Virus record (IMG/VR): IMGVR_UViG_3300032093_000089
Location: 6,297 to 70,296 of that record
Source: a virus
DNA: 64,000 nucleotides
Reading direction: 5' to 3' (one strand)
Shown: positions 1-8,140 of the stretch, in pieces
Layout: every line of letters starts with the position of its first letter
Position numbering within the stretch: the stretch's first letter is position 1
Program-made: the position numbers and the translations under genes
Notes under the pieces: model-generated
Told to the model about the DNA's origin: nothing
The model's input: only the letters and a program-made list of their open reading frames with translations
The model's database searches: none

Positions 1-526
1 TCTGACGGAAGACAACAAGCGTGCCCACAAGATTCCTATGGTGCTAACCCTTAAGGGTTTGAATGGCACTGATGTATCTGAAAAGGTGCGCATGTATGAA
101 AAGGAAATGTCCAAGTGTTTGAGCAAAGCATTGGACGCTGAAGTTCCCCTTAACTTCAATGAAAAGTTCTACGCTACTACCGTATTTGCTCCGGTACTTG
201 CCAACGAAATGCGTGGAGCCAACAACGTTGAGATCTGCGCAATTGAATCCTTTGACATCCCTGATTACAGCACTCAAGAAGACGCCATCGAATCATTGAA
301 TCGCATGTCGATTCCTGATGAGGATCGTGAATCTACTTGGAAGTTCCAGGAACTGTTTAACGATTACATCAACCAACATGCAAAACAAGATGCTGAAAAG
401 CTAAACGGTGCTTATGGAATCAAAGATGGAGTAGAGATTCTTCCTGTATCTCGTACCTTTGATCCTGTTGACGTAAAAGCATTGCCTGCTCGTAATTCCA
501 TGACTGGAGAAGACGATTCACTTTGA
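1..526 (+). CDS. DUF5895-like protein (possible ssDNA-binding/recombination), 5'-truncated
   Basis: Frame is open from nt 2 (LTEDNKRAHKIPMVLTLKG), resembling cyanobacterial DUF5895; acidic C-terminus GEDDSL. Confidence 0.45.
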   Translation, partial: LTEDNKRAHKIPMVLTLKGLNGTDVSEKVRMYEKEMSKCLSKALDAEVPLNFNEKFYATTVFAPVLANEMRGANNVEICAIESFDIPDYSTQEDAIESLNRMSIPDEDRESTWKFQELFNDYINQHAKQDAEKLNGAYGIKDGVEILPVSRTFDPVDVKALPARNSMTGEDDSL

Positions 527-793
527 TGAGAGATCCGGGTTAGTCAGGTCTTCTTGTTCAACTGCAACATTGTTAAAGATGAACATGTCTTGAACTAACC
601 CACGAATTACACCTTGACGTTGAGTGGCGATCCTCGCTAAGAGGGTCGCCATTTCTTTCAAGGTACTTACCGAATTACATTCATCAATGGATCGTTTTAT
701 TTTTTCTTCCCAAAACTTATCCTCCATTGAAGGTTCAATTTGGAACTCACTAAGTGGAACGTACTTAATTTCCATTGGTACACCACTGAACAA
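518..793 (-). CDS. NblA-like helical hairpin protein (divergent)
   Basis: EPSMEDKFWEEKIKRSIDECNSVSTLKEMATLLARIATQRQGVIRGLV fits NblA two-helix spacing. Confidence 0.4.
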   Translation of the reverse strand: MFSGVPMEIKYVPLSEFQIEPSMEDKFWEEKIKRSIDECNSVSTLKEMATLLARIATQRQGVIRGLVQDMFIFNNVAVEQEDLTNPDLSSK

Positions 794-817
794 TTTATTT
801 TAATCCTAGCTAAACAA

Positions 818-1024
818 ATGAAACCTAAAGAAAAAGCTGCAATTGTTACAGCCGGTACTTTTGGTTTAATCGGTGCCGGTATTGTTGCAGTTGTGGGCAG
901 CCCTGTTGCTTGGGGTGCACTTGCCTATGCAACTTATCGGATTGCTAAAAGTGCTTATGCCAAAGCCCCATCATCGGGTAAACTTAAAGGGCAAGGGGAC
1001 CAGGACACAGACCTCTTCATTTAA
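818..1024 (+). CDS. small membrane protein
   Basis: ATG 818; hydrophobic Gly/Ala segment AAIVTAGTFGLIGAGIVAVVG. Confidence 0.6.
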   Translation: MKPKEKAAIVTAGTFGLIGAGIVAVVGSPVAWGALAYATYRIAKSAYAKAPSSGKLKGQGDQDTDLFI

Positions 1025-1048
1025 TTCAAACTTAACTCAATTCAACTC

Positions 1049-1996
1049 ATGTCAAACCAAACGGTCCAAGACCTCAGCCAGGCACAGGCGTGCATCTACA
1101 CGCGGACGAACCTCCGTCGTGCCTTTCAGGATTTTGACGACACTGACATCTCTGGCATTTATTTGCGAGATGATCTTTGCCTTGTGGCTCGGCGCGATGG
1201 TAGTGAGCAAACTTACAACCGGCAAATAATTGTATCTGCGTTTCAGCAGTACACCCATCGTCTTAAAGACTTCTTTTCTTACCTAGGTCCTAATTACAGG
1301 GGTCCAAGCATTTGGCATAACGGTGCCTACATTATGTTCAAAGGTTGGCACCATTCCCATGCCCTTGGACACACAACAGGTAGCGCACAACTGCAAACAC
1401 ATTGGGCAGACAAATTTATACATTTGTCAGACCGTGCCAAACTCATTGCTCTTTTACAATCAGATCAAACAGATCTTGGACATCTGGTAGCGCCGGACGG
1501 GCTTCGGTTGCCGAATCGGGGGGTTGACTTGGAGTCTGACCTGGAGGAAGAAACCTCAAGCGTATCGGCAATCAATGTTGAACCTTATTGTTCATGTGGG
1601 TCCTTTCAGCGTCAGCTTCTTAATGTTTCAGGATTTCAGCAGGAGATCCAAGGATTCAAACCCTGGTGTATCCATTTGACTTGGTTCCACAAGTACCGGG
1701 AGCTACTGTGCAAGCGGACTGAAGCTCGCAACGCAAGCCCTGGTGGTACGCCTGATAAGTGTGTGGCATGGTGGTATGCGCCGCCTTCTGATGCCACTAG
1801 TGATGGGCGTTTTGTTTTGCTACACACTAAGTCTGGTGCACAGGCACCGTTGACCCATTGGCGTACCTACAAACCAAAACAAACCTTTAACCAACAAGAT
1901 GCATGGGATTTATTTTTTAGTATGTTAGAGGCGGGTTATGTACCATTCCCTGGTATAGCGCTACCTCAACTGCAGGCTGCGGTTAAAAAATCATGA
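1049..1996 (+). CDS. SWIM zinc-finger domain protein
   Basis: CSCGSF-x(n)-WCIHL = CxC...CxH SWIM signature. Confidence 0.65.
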   Translation: MSNQTVQDLSQAQACIYTRTNLRRAFQDFDDTDISGIYLRDDLCLVARRDGSEQTYNRQIIVSAFQQYTHRLKDFFSYLGPNYRGPSIWHNGAYIMFKGWHHSHALGHTTGSAQLQTHWADKFIHLSDRAKLIALLQSDQTDLGHLVAPDGLRLPNRGVDLESDLEEETSSVSAINVEPYCSCGSFQRQLLNVSGFQQEIQGFKPWCIHLTWFHKYRELLCKRTEARNASPGGTPDKCVAWWYAPPSDATSDGRFVLLHTKSGAQAPLTHWRTYKPKQTFNQQDAWDLFFSMLEAGYVPFPGIALPQLQAAVKKS

Positions 1997-2026
1997 CCTC
2001 AGATGCAGAGAAAGTATTAAAAGCAC

Positions 2027-2242
2027 ATGTTGAACACGAACTGGGTAAACAAACTACAGATCCAAGTAATTGATGAGGAGAATGGTGGTTGCACCATTCA
2101 AATTGAATGGGATGACACCGATCCAGAGCTGGAAGAATGGACCAGCTGGGGAGAGGAAGGCCAACAACAATTCATTATTGATGCGTTGTACCAAGCCCTT
2201 GAGTGCTATCTGGATGATGACTTGACAGATCCGGTAGACTAA
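2027..2242 (+). CDS. acidic hypothetical protein
   Basis: ORF in + strand gene run. Confidence 0.6.
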   Translation: MLNTNWVNKLQIQVIDEENGGCTIQIEWDDTDPELEEWTSWGEEGQQQFIIDALYQALECYLDDDLTDPVD

Positions 2243-2243
2243 C

Positions 2244-2288
2244 CCTGCTTGCAGGTAAAGCCGTCCTGGTCACGACGTAAAACTGACT
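2244..2288 (+). promoter_or_regulatory. candidate cis-regulatory RNA (CUUG hairpin + H-type pseudoknot)
   Basis: cctg-cttg-cagg hairpin; cgtc(2262-65)/gacg(2274-77) stem whose loop ggtca pairs with tgact(2284-88). Confidence 0.4.
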
Positions 2289-2309
2289 ACACCCAACACA
2301 ACTCAACTT

Positions 2310-2429
2310 ATGTTTGAAGCCTTGGCATCAGTCGTACTTCCTTTCTTGAAGGATCTTCTTTGGACAGCAGCCGTAGCGCTGCTGGCCTACACACTCAACA
2401 AAGTTCAATCCCATTTCAACACCATTTGA
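2310..2429 (+). CDS. 39-aa hydrophobic peptide (not in ORF track)
   Basis: MFEALASVVLPFLKDLLWTAAVALLAYTLNKVQSHFNTI*; ends 2 nt before next ATG. Confidence 0.55.
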   Translation: MFEALASVVLPFLKDLLWTAAVALLAYTLNKVQSHFNTI

Positions 2430-2431
2430 TC

Positions 2432-3160
2432 ATGACTCAGATCACTCAAACTAAACTCAAAGAACTTAACGTCCTTCAGCTATACGAGCACTATGGTGCC
2501 CTGGAACGTTCTCTTCCTTTGCTTACTCCTGAGTCCCAGGACATGGCGCGAGCCGAGCTGGAAACTTGCGCCAAGCTACGGTCTGAAAAGATTGATCGTA
2601 TCCATTACGCGATGGCGTCCCATGAGGATGCAGTGGAGCGCGTTAAACAGGAGATTGAGCTGCTGAGCCAAGCCAGGCGGCATCACGAGGCACAACTCCG
2701 TGGCCTAAAAGGACTGCTGAGTTGGCTACGGCGAGCGCTGCCTAAAGACGAAAACAAAATCACAGGATGCAAATACCAGTTTGTCCTGGTTAAGAAAAAA
2801 GACCTAACGGTTGAGATCTCCAGTGATGTTGAGCAATGGCAGGCAGATGAGCGTATGCAATTCTGTATAGAACAAGAAGTAACCACAACCAAACAAACTG
2901 TGTTACGTTCTATGGATGGAACGATTTTTGAAACCAAAATCGAACCTAAAACTAAAACCGAAATCATCCCAAATCTAGATGCCATCCGTAACGCGTATCA
3001 AACCGGCCAACCCATCCCCCATGGAGTCAAAGTCACCCAGGACTACAGCATCCGTACCAAACGAATCGTTGGCGAGCCCGGAGTGGATGAAGGCTTGGTT
3101 GCCGTGGAAACACCCGAACATTTGGGAGAAGTTTTACGAGAAGCTGGAACCTCCGACTGA
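2432..3160 (+). CDS. Siphovirus Gp157-like coiled-coil protein
   Basis: EKIDRI...coiled coil...NLDAIRNAYQTGQPIPHGVKV typical of Gp157; start likely ATG 2432. Confidence 0.6.
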   Translation: MTQITQTKLKELNVLQLYEHYGALERSLPLLTPESQDMARAELETCAKLRSEKIDRIHYAMASHEDAVERVKQEIELLSQARRHHEAQLRGLKGLLSWLRRALPKDENKITGCKYQFVLVKKKDLTVEISSDVEQWQADERMQFCIEQEVTTTKQTVLRSMDGTIFETKIEPKTKTEIIPNLDAIRNAYQTGQPIPHGVKVTQDYSIRTKRIVGEPGVDEGLVAVETPEHLGEVLREAGTSD

Positions 3161-3401
3161 TCTAGAAGATGCTCACATCAAAATGAGTTGCCACAACCAT
3201 GCCGTTGATGATTGCAACTTGCAACTGCAAATCAATGAGCTAGAAACTTCTATGCTTTATGACGGCGATCAAGTTCCTCCATACCAAACCAGCAATGCTG
3301 AAGATCTTGAATACAAGAAACTAAAGCTGTTGCAAGGCAAGCGCTTTCATCAAAATGCTGCTCGTGCCTATTGGTATTACATGGTACGTGCTGATAAATA
3401 A
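2979..3401 (+). CDS. hypothetical protein (true start probably near 3087)
   Basis: ORF fills gap to next gene. Confidence 0.55.
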   Translation: MPSVTRIKPANPSPMESKSPRTTASVPNESLASPEWMKAWLPWKHPNIWEKFYEKLEPPTDLEDAHIKMSCHNHAVDDCNLQLQINELETSMLYDGDQVPPYQTSNAEDLEYKKLKLLQGKRFHQNAARAYWYYMVRADK

Positions 3402-3436
3402 CAACTCATACAATAAATAGATAAGCAAGGAGTCCC

Positions 3437-3700
3437 ATGATTGACGGAAACGTTTCCAAACTATTGGCAGGGTTTACACATGATGGGACTCCCCTTGCAG
3501 CTATTGTTGGCAGTAAGCAAGAATGGGGTGTCACAATTTTGTGTTCTTCTATGCTTGCTAATGAAAATTTAGCTGCACAAATGACAGCAGAAGAAATGGT
3601 AGATGCTGCTATCAACTATTACAATGTGATTCAAGACCGCCTTGGGTACTACCAGCAACAACAAGCTCACTCTCTAGAACGCTTGATCAACAACCAATGA
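3437..3700 (+). CDS. hypothetical protein
   Basis: AAGGAG Shine-Dalgarno upstream of ATG. Confidence 0.7.
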   Translation: MIDGNVSKLLAGFTHDGTPLAAIVGSKQEWGVTILCSSMLANENLAAQMTAEEMVDAAINYYNVIQDRLGYYQQQQAHSLERLINNQ

Positions 3701-3787
3701 TTCTGCCAAAAGCTTGTTATGCACTTCTTAACAAAGTAAATTTAATTTAATTTTGCTGCTAACCTAAACAGGTCTTTATTTGAATCA

Positions 3788-3979
3788 ATGGATCCTATTG
3801 TTGTGCCAAAAGTAACCGTTTCTTTTGCGGTTGATGTGGAAGTTGAGTACGATCCGTTTGTTGGTAAAACCCCAACAGAAATGGCAGTTGCTCTCCAAGA
3901 CGAAATAGATGAGTTGCTTTTTGAAGCTAGCTCTGGCGTCGTTGGTGTTTTTACTTCCATTACTTCTATTGCGCAATGA
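3788..3979 (+). CDS. hypothetical protein
   Basis: ATGA-coupled to next ORF. Confidence 0.6.
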   Translation: MDPIVVPKVTVSFAVDVEVEYDPFVGKTPTEMAVALQDEIDELLFEASSGVVGVFTSITSIAQ

Positions 3980-4218
3980 ACAATCTTATTGGCTGGGACA
4001 TTCAAGAACAAGAAAAACGCATTGAATTCATGGAGCATATGTATAAATGCTCTGGACGCGAAGATTCAAACCATCCTCTGCACAGTAAATACACAGGGCT
4101 GTGGCAAGATTTCTGCCTTAAAGAAGCTGGTTATGCCATGAGGAACCGTTGGTTTGAAATGAAAGAAGCAGTTGAACGGTATGAAGCAGGTGAATTGGAA
4201 CCTGTTTTTATTACTTAA
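3976..4218 (+). CDS. hypothetical phage protein
   Basis: MEHMYxxSGR...HPxHxxYTGLWQ motif recalled from cyanophage small ORFs. Confidence 0.65.
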   Translation: MNNLIGWDIQEQEKRIEFMEHMYKCSGREDSNHPLHSKYTGLWQDFCLKEAGYAMRNRWFEMKEAVERYEAGELEPVFIT

Positions 4219-4244
4219 GGTTTACAGTAAACACCAAACTCTTG

Positions 4245-4277
4245 AAAGGTGATTCAAAATAAATGAGTCACCTTTTT
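4245..4277 (+). terminator. hairpin / putative intrinsic terminator
   Basis: aaaggtgattca-aaataaa-tgagtcaccttt followed by T. Confidence 0.5.
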
Positions 4278-4281
4278 ACTT

Positions 4282-4629
4282 ATGTACAACAATCAACAAC
4301 CAATGGATACTATAAAAGCCTGGCAAAATTGGTACCACAAAAATCAACGAGTTTCATCCATGACAAAACCAATGGTTACTAAAGACAGTAAAGAGAAACT
4401 GCACAATACTGTTGGCGTAGTTACTACTTTGATTGAAGCAGAAGCTATTAAAAAAGCAACAGAATATTTTGCTGACACAATTACTGAATATAGCTGTGAA
4501 CTAGACGGCGTTCAGCTTTACAACTGTTTGCTTACTGCAGCTCAAAATAATTTGAAACATACAGAAGAAGAATATAAAAAAGCAAAACAACTAATTGATT
4601 TACTACAAAATCAAAACAATGAAAACTAA
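4282..4629 (+). CDS. hypothetical protein
   Basis: ORF in gene run. Confidence 0.6.
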   Translation: MYNNQQPMDTIKAWQNWYHKNQRVSSMTKPMVTKDSKEKLHNTVGVVTTLIEAEAIKKATEYFADTITEYSCELDGVQLYNCLLTAAQNNLKHTEEEYKKAKQLIDLLQNQNNEN

Positions 4630-4822
4630 AACTAAATACCCTATTTGGGTTTGTAATGACTGTGGAATGCGTTGGGGTGCCTGGTATCAACCTGGAGCTG
4701 TAGCTCCTAAATCACACTGCTCTACCTGTCATTACGGTACTTGTGATGTATGTGGTGCCCAAGAAGTATCCGTAACTGAACCAAGGGATTATGGGCATCT
4801 TATTGATGGTTGGTCTCAGTAA
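4619..4822 (+). CDS. small zinc-ribbon protein
   Basis: CNDC, CSTC, CDVC motifs. Confidence 0.6.
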   Translation: MKTKTKYPIWVCNDCGMRWGAWYQPGAVAPKSHCSTCHYGTCDVCGAQEVSVTEPRDYGHLIDGWSQ

Positions 4823-4859
4823 ACGAATGAGATAATAAAAGAAACAAAAGTTACAAGTT

Positions 4860-6146
4860 ATGACGTTATATAGAGATCCAGCTAGCAATGGATTGTTTCA
4901 CACACATAAAGTTCAAACTTGTAGCGGACAACCACTTGAAGTAAAAACAATAGGTGTAGCTAATGATGCTTTTGGAAGGTTACGTATTTCAGACCCTTTT
5001 ACTCTTTTTGATTCAAGTCATCGTTATCAAGACAATGGTCTTTGGAGCACAGCTACGGGCGTTAGTTCAGATGCAACATTCAATGCCAATGCAGGTCTTG
5101 TAGACCTTAATGTAACAACTACATCTGGTGGTTATGTGACAAGAGAAACTAAACAAGTTTTTTCTTATCAACCAGGTAAATCACTGCTTGTGCTTAATAC
5201 CTTTACATTAGAGCCTGCTAAAACAAACTTGCGTCAACGTGTTGGTTACTTTAATGCATCTAATGGTTTATATATTGAACTTAATGGGGGAACTTTAAGT
5301 TTTGTTGAGCGCAGTTCAGTTACGGGAAGCGTAGCTGAAACAAGCGTTGCTCAAGCCCAATGGAATATTGATAAACTGGATGGCGCTGGTCCCTCTGGTA
5401 AAACACTTGATATCACCAAAGCACAAATCTTTTGGATGGATATTGAATGGCTTGGCCTTGGAACAGTGAGATTGGGTTTTGTTATTGATGGAGTTTTTAT
5501 ACACTGTCATTCTTTTCACCATGCAAACTTAATTGAAGATACTTATATAACAACTGCAAGCTTGCCACTTCGTTATGAGATTATAAACCTTGGTACTACA
5601 GCAAGCAGCAGTACTCTCAAGCAAGTTTGTTCAACTGTTATATCGGAAGGCGGGTATGAATTGCGTGGTGATCAACGTGCAATTGGCACTTTAATTTCTG
5701 CTCCTTATGACTTAACTGCTACTGGTGTTCGATATCCTGTAGTTTCTATTCGTTTAAAAACAAGCCCAAATCGTTTAGATGCTATTGTTATTCCAACTGC
5801 ACTCAGTGTGCTTGGAGATGGAAACAACGGAACTTATACATGGGAAGTGGTTCAAAATGCAACAACTTCTGGCGGCACTTGGTCAAGTGCAGGAAGTGAT
5901 TCCGCTGTTGAATACAACATCAGTGGGTTAAGCACAAGTGGAGGAACTATTCTTGCAAAAGGTTATTTTTCTTCTACAACTTTAAGCAGTGTTTCCGTTG
6001 ACATCTTAAAAGAAGCATTGTTTGCTTTTCAACTTAGGCGTAATGGTTTGACCAATTCACCAGAAGAGTTTGGTCTTGTGGTTGAAAGTAAAGTTGCAGG
6101 ACATGATGTTTATGGTTCACTTGACTTTGAAGAGATTAGTCGTTGA
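4860..6146 (+). CDS. beta-rich putative virion structural protein
   Basis: DAFGRLRISDPFTLFDS / YQPGKS / WLGLGTVRLG motifs recalled from cyanophage proteins; Ser/Thr/Gly-rich. Confidence 0.55.
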   Translation: MTLYRDPASNGLFHTHKVQTCSGQPLEVKTIGVANDAFGRLRISDPFTLFDSSHRYQDNGLWSTATGVSSDATFNANAGLVDLNVTTTSGGYVTRETKQVFSYQPGKSLLVLNTFTLEPAKTNLRQRVGYFNASNGLYIELNGGTLSFVERSSVTGSVAETSVAQAQWNIDKLDGAGPSGKTLDITKAQIFWMDIEWLGLGTVRLGFVIDGVFIHCHSFHHANLIEDTYITTASLPLRYEIINLGTTASSSTLKQVCSTVISEGGYELRGDQRAIGTLISAPYDLTATGVRYPVVSIRLKTSPNRLDAIVIPTALSVLGDGNNGTYTWEVVQNATTSGGTWSSAGSDSAVEYNISGLSTSGGTILAKGYFSSTTLSSVSVDILKEALFAFQLRRNGLTNSPEEFGLVVESKVAGHDVYGSLDFEEISR

Positions 6147-6172
6147 TAAACTAAAACTACTGATTAAATCTT

Positions 6173-6724
6173 ATGTATACTCCTGGTCCTGGTCAGCTCC
6201 AGCAGGCTCAAACCCCTCCGCTTCAGGCAGTTCCTCAACCGCAGGACAAACCCAAAACTCCTGGTAAATCAAAAAATGGTGATGTTGGGGCTTTTATCCA
6301 GCAGTGCATCTCCCTTTGTTCCTACCTGAAGGAACTTCAAACACAAGCCCATCTCATTCACTTGAATTACGAGGGATCTAACTTTCTCGGAGTGCACGGC
6401 TTCCTTGGAGACCAGTACGAGGCGCATCTTGGGCAGTTTGATAAGCTGGCTGAATTCATCCGCAGCATGGATTACCTAATGCCCATGTGCGCCAAGGGAT
6501 TAGCAGATGCTGGCCCTGGTATCCAACATGTTACCAGCTACAAAGGATCTGATCAGCTTGCCACGTACTATAAAAACCTGGAGGAGTTGGGCATGAAGAC
6601 CAAAAAGCTGGAGCCTATTGCCGCCAAGATTGGTGCTATTGACATCCAGAACTATATGGCTGAGCTGTGCGGGGAAGCCTTTAAGGCTGCTTGGTTTGTT
6701 AAGGCGACTCTTCGTAATGGGTAA
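6173..6724 (+). CDS. Dps/ferritin-like protein
   Basis: HLNYEGSNFLGVHGFLGDQYE...DKLAEFI matches Dps HWNVxGxxFxxLH...DxxAER pattern. Confidence 0.75.
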   Translation: MYTPGPGQLQQAQTPPLQAVPQPQDKPKTPGKSKNGDVGAFIQQCISLCSYLKELQTQAHLIHLNYEGSNFLGVHGFLGDQYEAHLGQFDKLAEFIRSMDYLMPMCAKGLADAGPGIQHVTSYKGSDQLATYYKNLEELGMKTKKLEPIAAKIGAIDIQNYMAELCGEAFKAAWFVKATLRNG

Positions 6725-6959
6725 GACGGTGGCAGTTGCAGCAGAGAGGAATACATTTTTCAATCTCTGTTTTTATTGTGCTCCAGGCGTAAGCACGACT
6801 TACCATGAATGATACGTTTTTATCTTTATCACCAATGTGATGAAACTCTAACAAACGGTGATCATTTAGTCCGCACTCTTGGCATTCCAAGGTTTTTTTA
6901 TAATTTAAAAGCTTCTGTCTATTCTGATAGATGCGTTCTTTATCCTTAGACCAAGTCAT
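6699..6959 (-). CDS. HNH endonuclease-like protein
   Basis: CQEC...EFHH...KCIPLCCNCHRLTH. Confidence 0.75.
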   Translation of the reverse strand: MTWSKDKERIYQNRQKLLNYKKTLECQECGLNDHRLLEFHHIGDKDKNVSFMVSRAYAWSTIKTEIEKCIPLCCNCHRLTHYEESP

Positions 6960-7013
6960 GTGTAACCGTTACTCGTATTTTTAATATACGCAGTTTATTA
7001 AGAATGTGAATAA

Positions 7014-7087
7014 TCGGAGATGCAGGATTTGAACCTGCGGCCCTCTGCTCCCAAAGCAGATGCGCTACCAAACTGCGCTAATCCCCG
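7014..7087 (-). tRNA. tRNA-Pro(TGG), no encoded CCA
   Basis: CGGGGAT TAGCGCAGTTTGGTAGCGC A TCTGC TTTGGGA GCAGA GGGCC GCAGG TTCAAAT CCTGC ATCTCCG A: complete cloverleaf. Confidence 0.95.
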
Positions 7088-7089
7088 AG

Positions 7090-7236
7090 AATGAGGCCTC
7101 CTTCCAGGCTATCTGCCTGACGAGTACCCCATCTGACACCAGGAAAGGCTACCCACACCAAGATAACGGTGGACCTCAGAACTGGCCGCCTAGTTTCCCA
7201 GGACTTAGTCCCGATCAAAAGAGAGCGGGAACTCCG
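7090..7236 (-). ncRNA. candidate structured RNA 5' of tRNA-Pro
   Basis: GC-rich gap with several stems: CCUGG-GAAA-CUAGG, CACCG/UGGUG, GAGGUC/GGCCUC, CCUUUCC/GGAAGG. Confidence 0.45.
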
Positions 7237-7911
7237 TTATTCTACCTGCTCATTTGGTGTTTTCCAGAAGTAATCGTCCTGTTCTCCAAGGCGACCCCAC
7301 TTCGGTGCTTGCTCTACATCAAAGTAACGGGTAGATACCTTGAAGTCAGGCGTCTTCAAGTTGTGATGGGTCAGTGATGGATCGCACATGCGACAACGGT
7401 TATTGGGATAAGCACCAATTTGACCGTTGTCCAGAGCCACGATGTTATGGGATTTGTGCTCATCGGGAAACTCCGCAAAGTAAAAGTCGGGTTCGTTCCT
7501 ATGAGGATGATAGTTGTCAATCGTAAATAAATATGTGCCTTTCATTACACCGGCACTACGTGTCATAACTTGAAACTCCATATTAAAGATCAAGTTTTTC
7601 TCAATGACCGTGAGCCCGTGATCAAACCCGTTCCAGAACTGCAGGTCAGTCAGCTCCAGGTCTGGGGTAGGTGGGTTGGGTTTGTCCGGGTAGTCAGAGT
7701 CCCAGGACAAGAACGCACTGATAGGAAGCTTGTCATACAGGGCACCGTACTCCGTCAGGTACGTCTCAAAGTACAAGGCACGCCCCGTAAGAGATTTACA
7801 GGATACCCAGTAACCAGGGGTGTACTCACCATGGCCATCATGTAGGTCACGCAAATACTCACGCCTGACCCACACCTTGACTGGTGGGACATTGGCAACC
7901 AGGGTTGTCAT
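7237..7911 (-). CDS. conserved cyanophage hypothetical protein
   Basis: YGALYDKLPISAF, YLFTID, EHKSHN, GAYPNNR motifs recalled from cyanophage ORFs. Confidence 0.75.
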   Translation of the reverse strand: MTTLVANVPPVKVWVRREYLRDLHDGHGEYTPGYWVSCKSLTGRALYFETYLTEYGALYDKLPISAFLSWDSDYPDKPNPPTPDLELTDLQFWNGFDHGLTVIEKNLIFNMEFQVMTRSAGVMKGTYLFTIDNYHPHRNEPDFYFAEFPDEHKSHNIVALDNGQIGAYPNNRCRMCDPSLTHHNLKTPDFKVSTRYFDVEQAPKWGRLGEQDDYFWKTPNEQVE

Positions 7912-7975
7912 CTCAAGTCCTAATGAACTCCTAATCTACTTCAAATTAGGAACAAATTAGAAGTTCGTTTGACAA

Positions 7976-8047
7976 TCGACCGGACTGGAATCGAACCAGC
8001 TATCCAACTCCCTTGTCGGGGTGTCCTTACCAATGGACTAACGGTCG
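7976..8047 (-). tRNA. tRNA-like element with non-canonical anticodon arm
   Basis: Acceptor CGACCGT/CCGGTCG-A, D arm GTCC-ATTGGTAA-GGAC, T arm GCTGG-TTCGATT-CCAGT; anticodon arm does not fold as 5 bp + 7 nt loop. Confidence 0.6.
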
Positions 8048-8065
8048 GTCACTAAAAATCATAGC

Positions 8066-8126
8066 AAAAACCCCAGGCTCTCACACCCAGGGTTGTAAAA
8101 CAATACCCGTTCCATCTGGGATGGAC
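8066..8126 (-). ncRNA. candidate ~60-nt two-hairpin sRNA (or just a terminator)
   Basis: TAGAAT at 8138-8133, hairpin UCCAUC/GAUGGA, then CCCUGGG-UGUGAGAG-CCUGGGG-UUUUU. Confidence 0.4.
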
Positions 8127-8140
8127 ACTTGTATTCTAGA

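Noticed and set aside
7014-7087. tRNA-Pro as prophage attachment site
   Set aside because: No duplicated tRNA 3' end seen, no intact integrase, phage genes on both sides
7060-7377. 105-aa + strand ORF
   Set aside because: Antisense to tRNA-Pro, the structured region and a conserved gene
7926-7966. Imperfect inverted repeat GAACTCCTAAT..ATTAGAAGTTC
   Set aside because: AT-rich, long loop, no U-tract; cannot support a function
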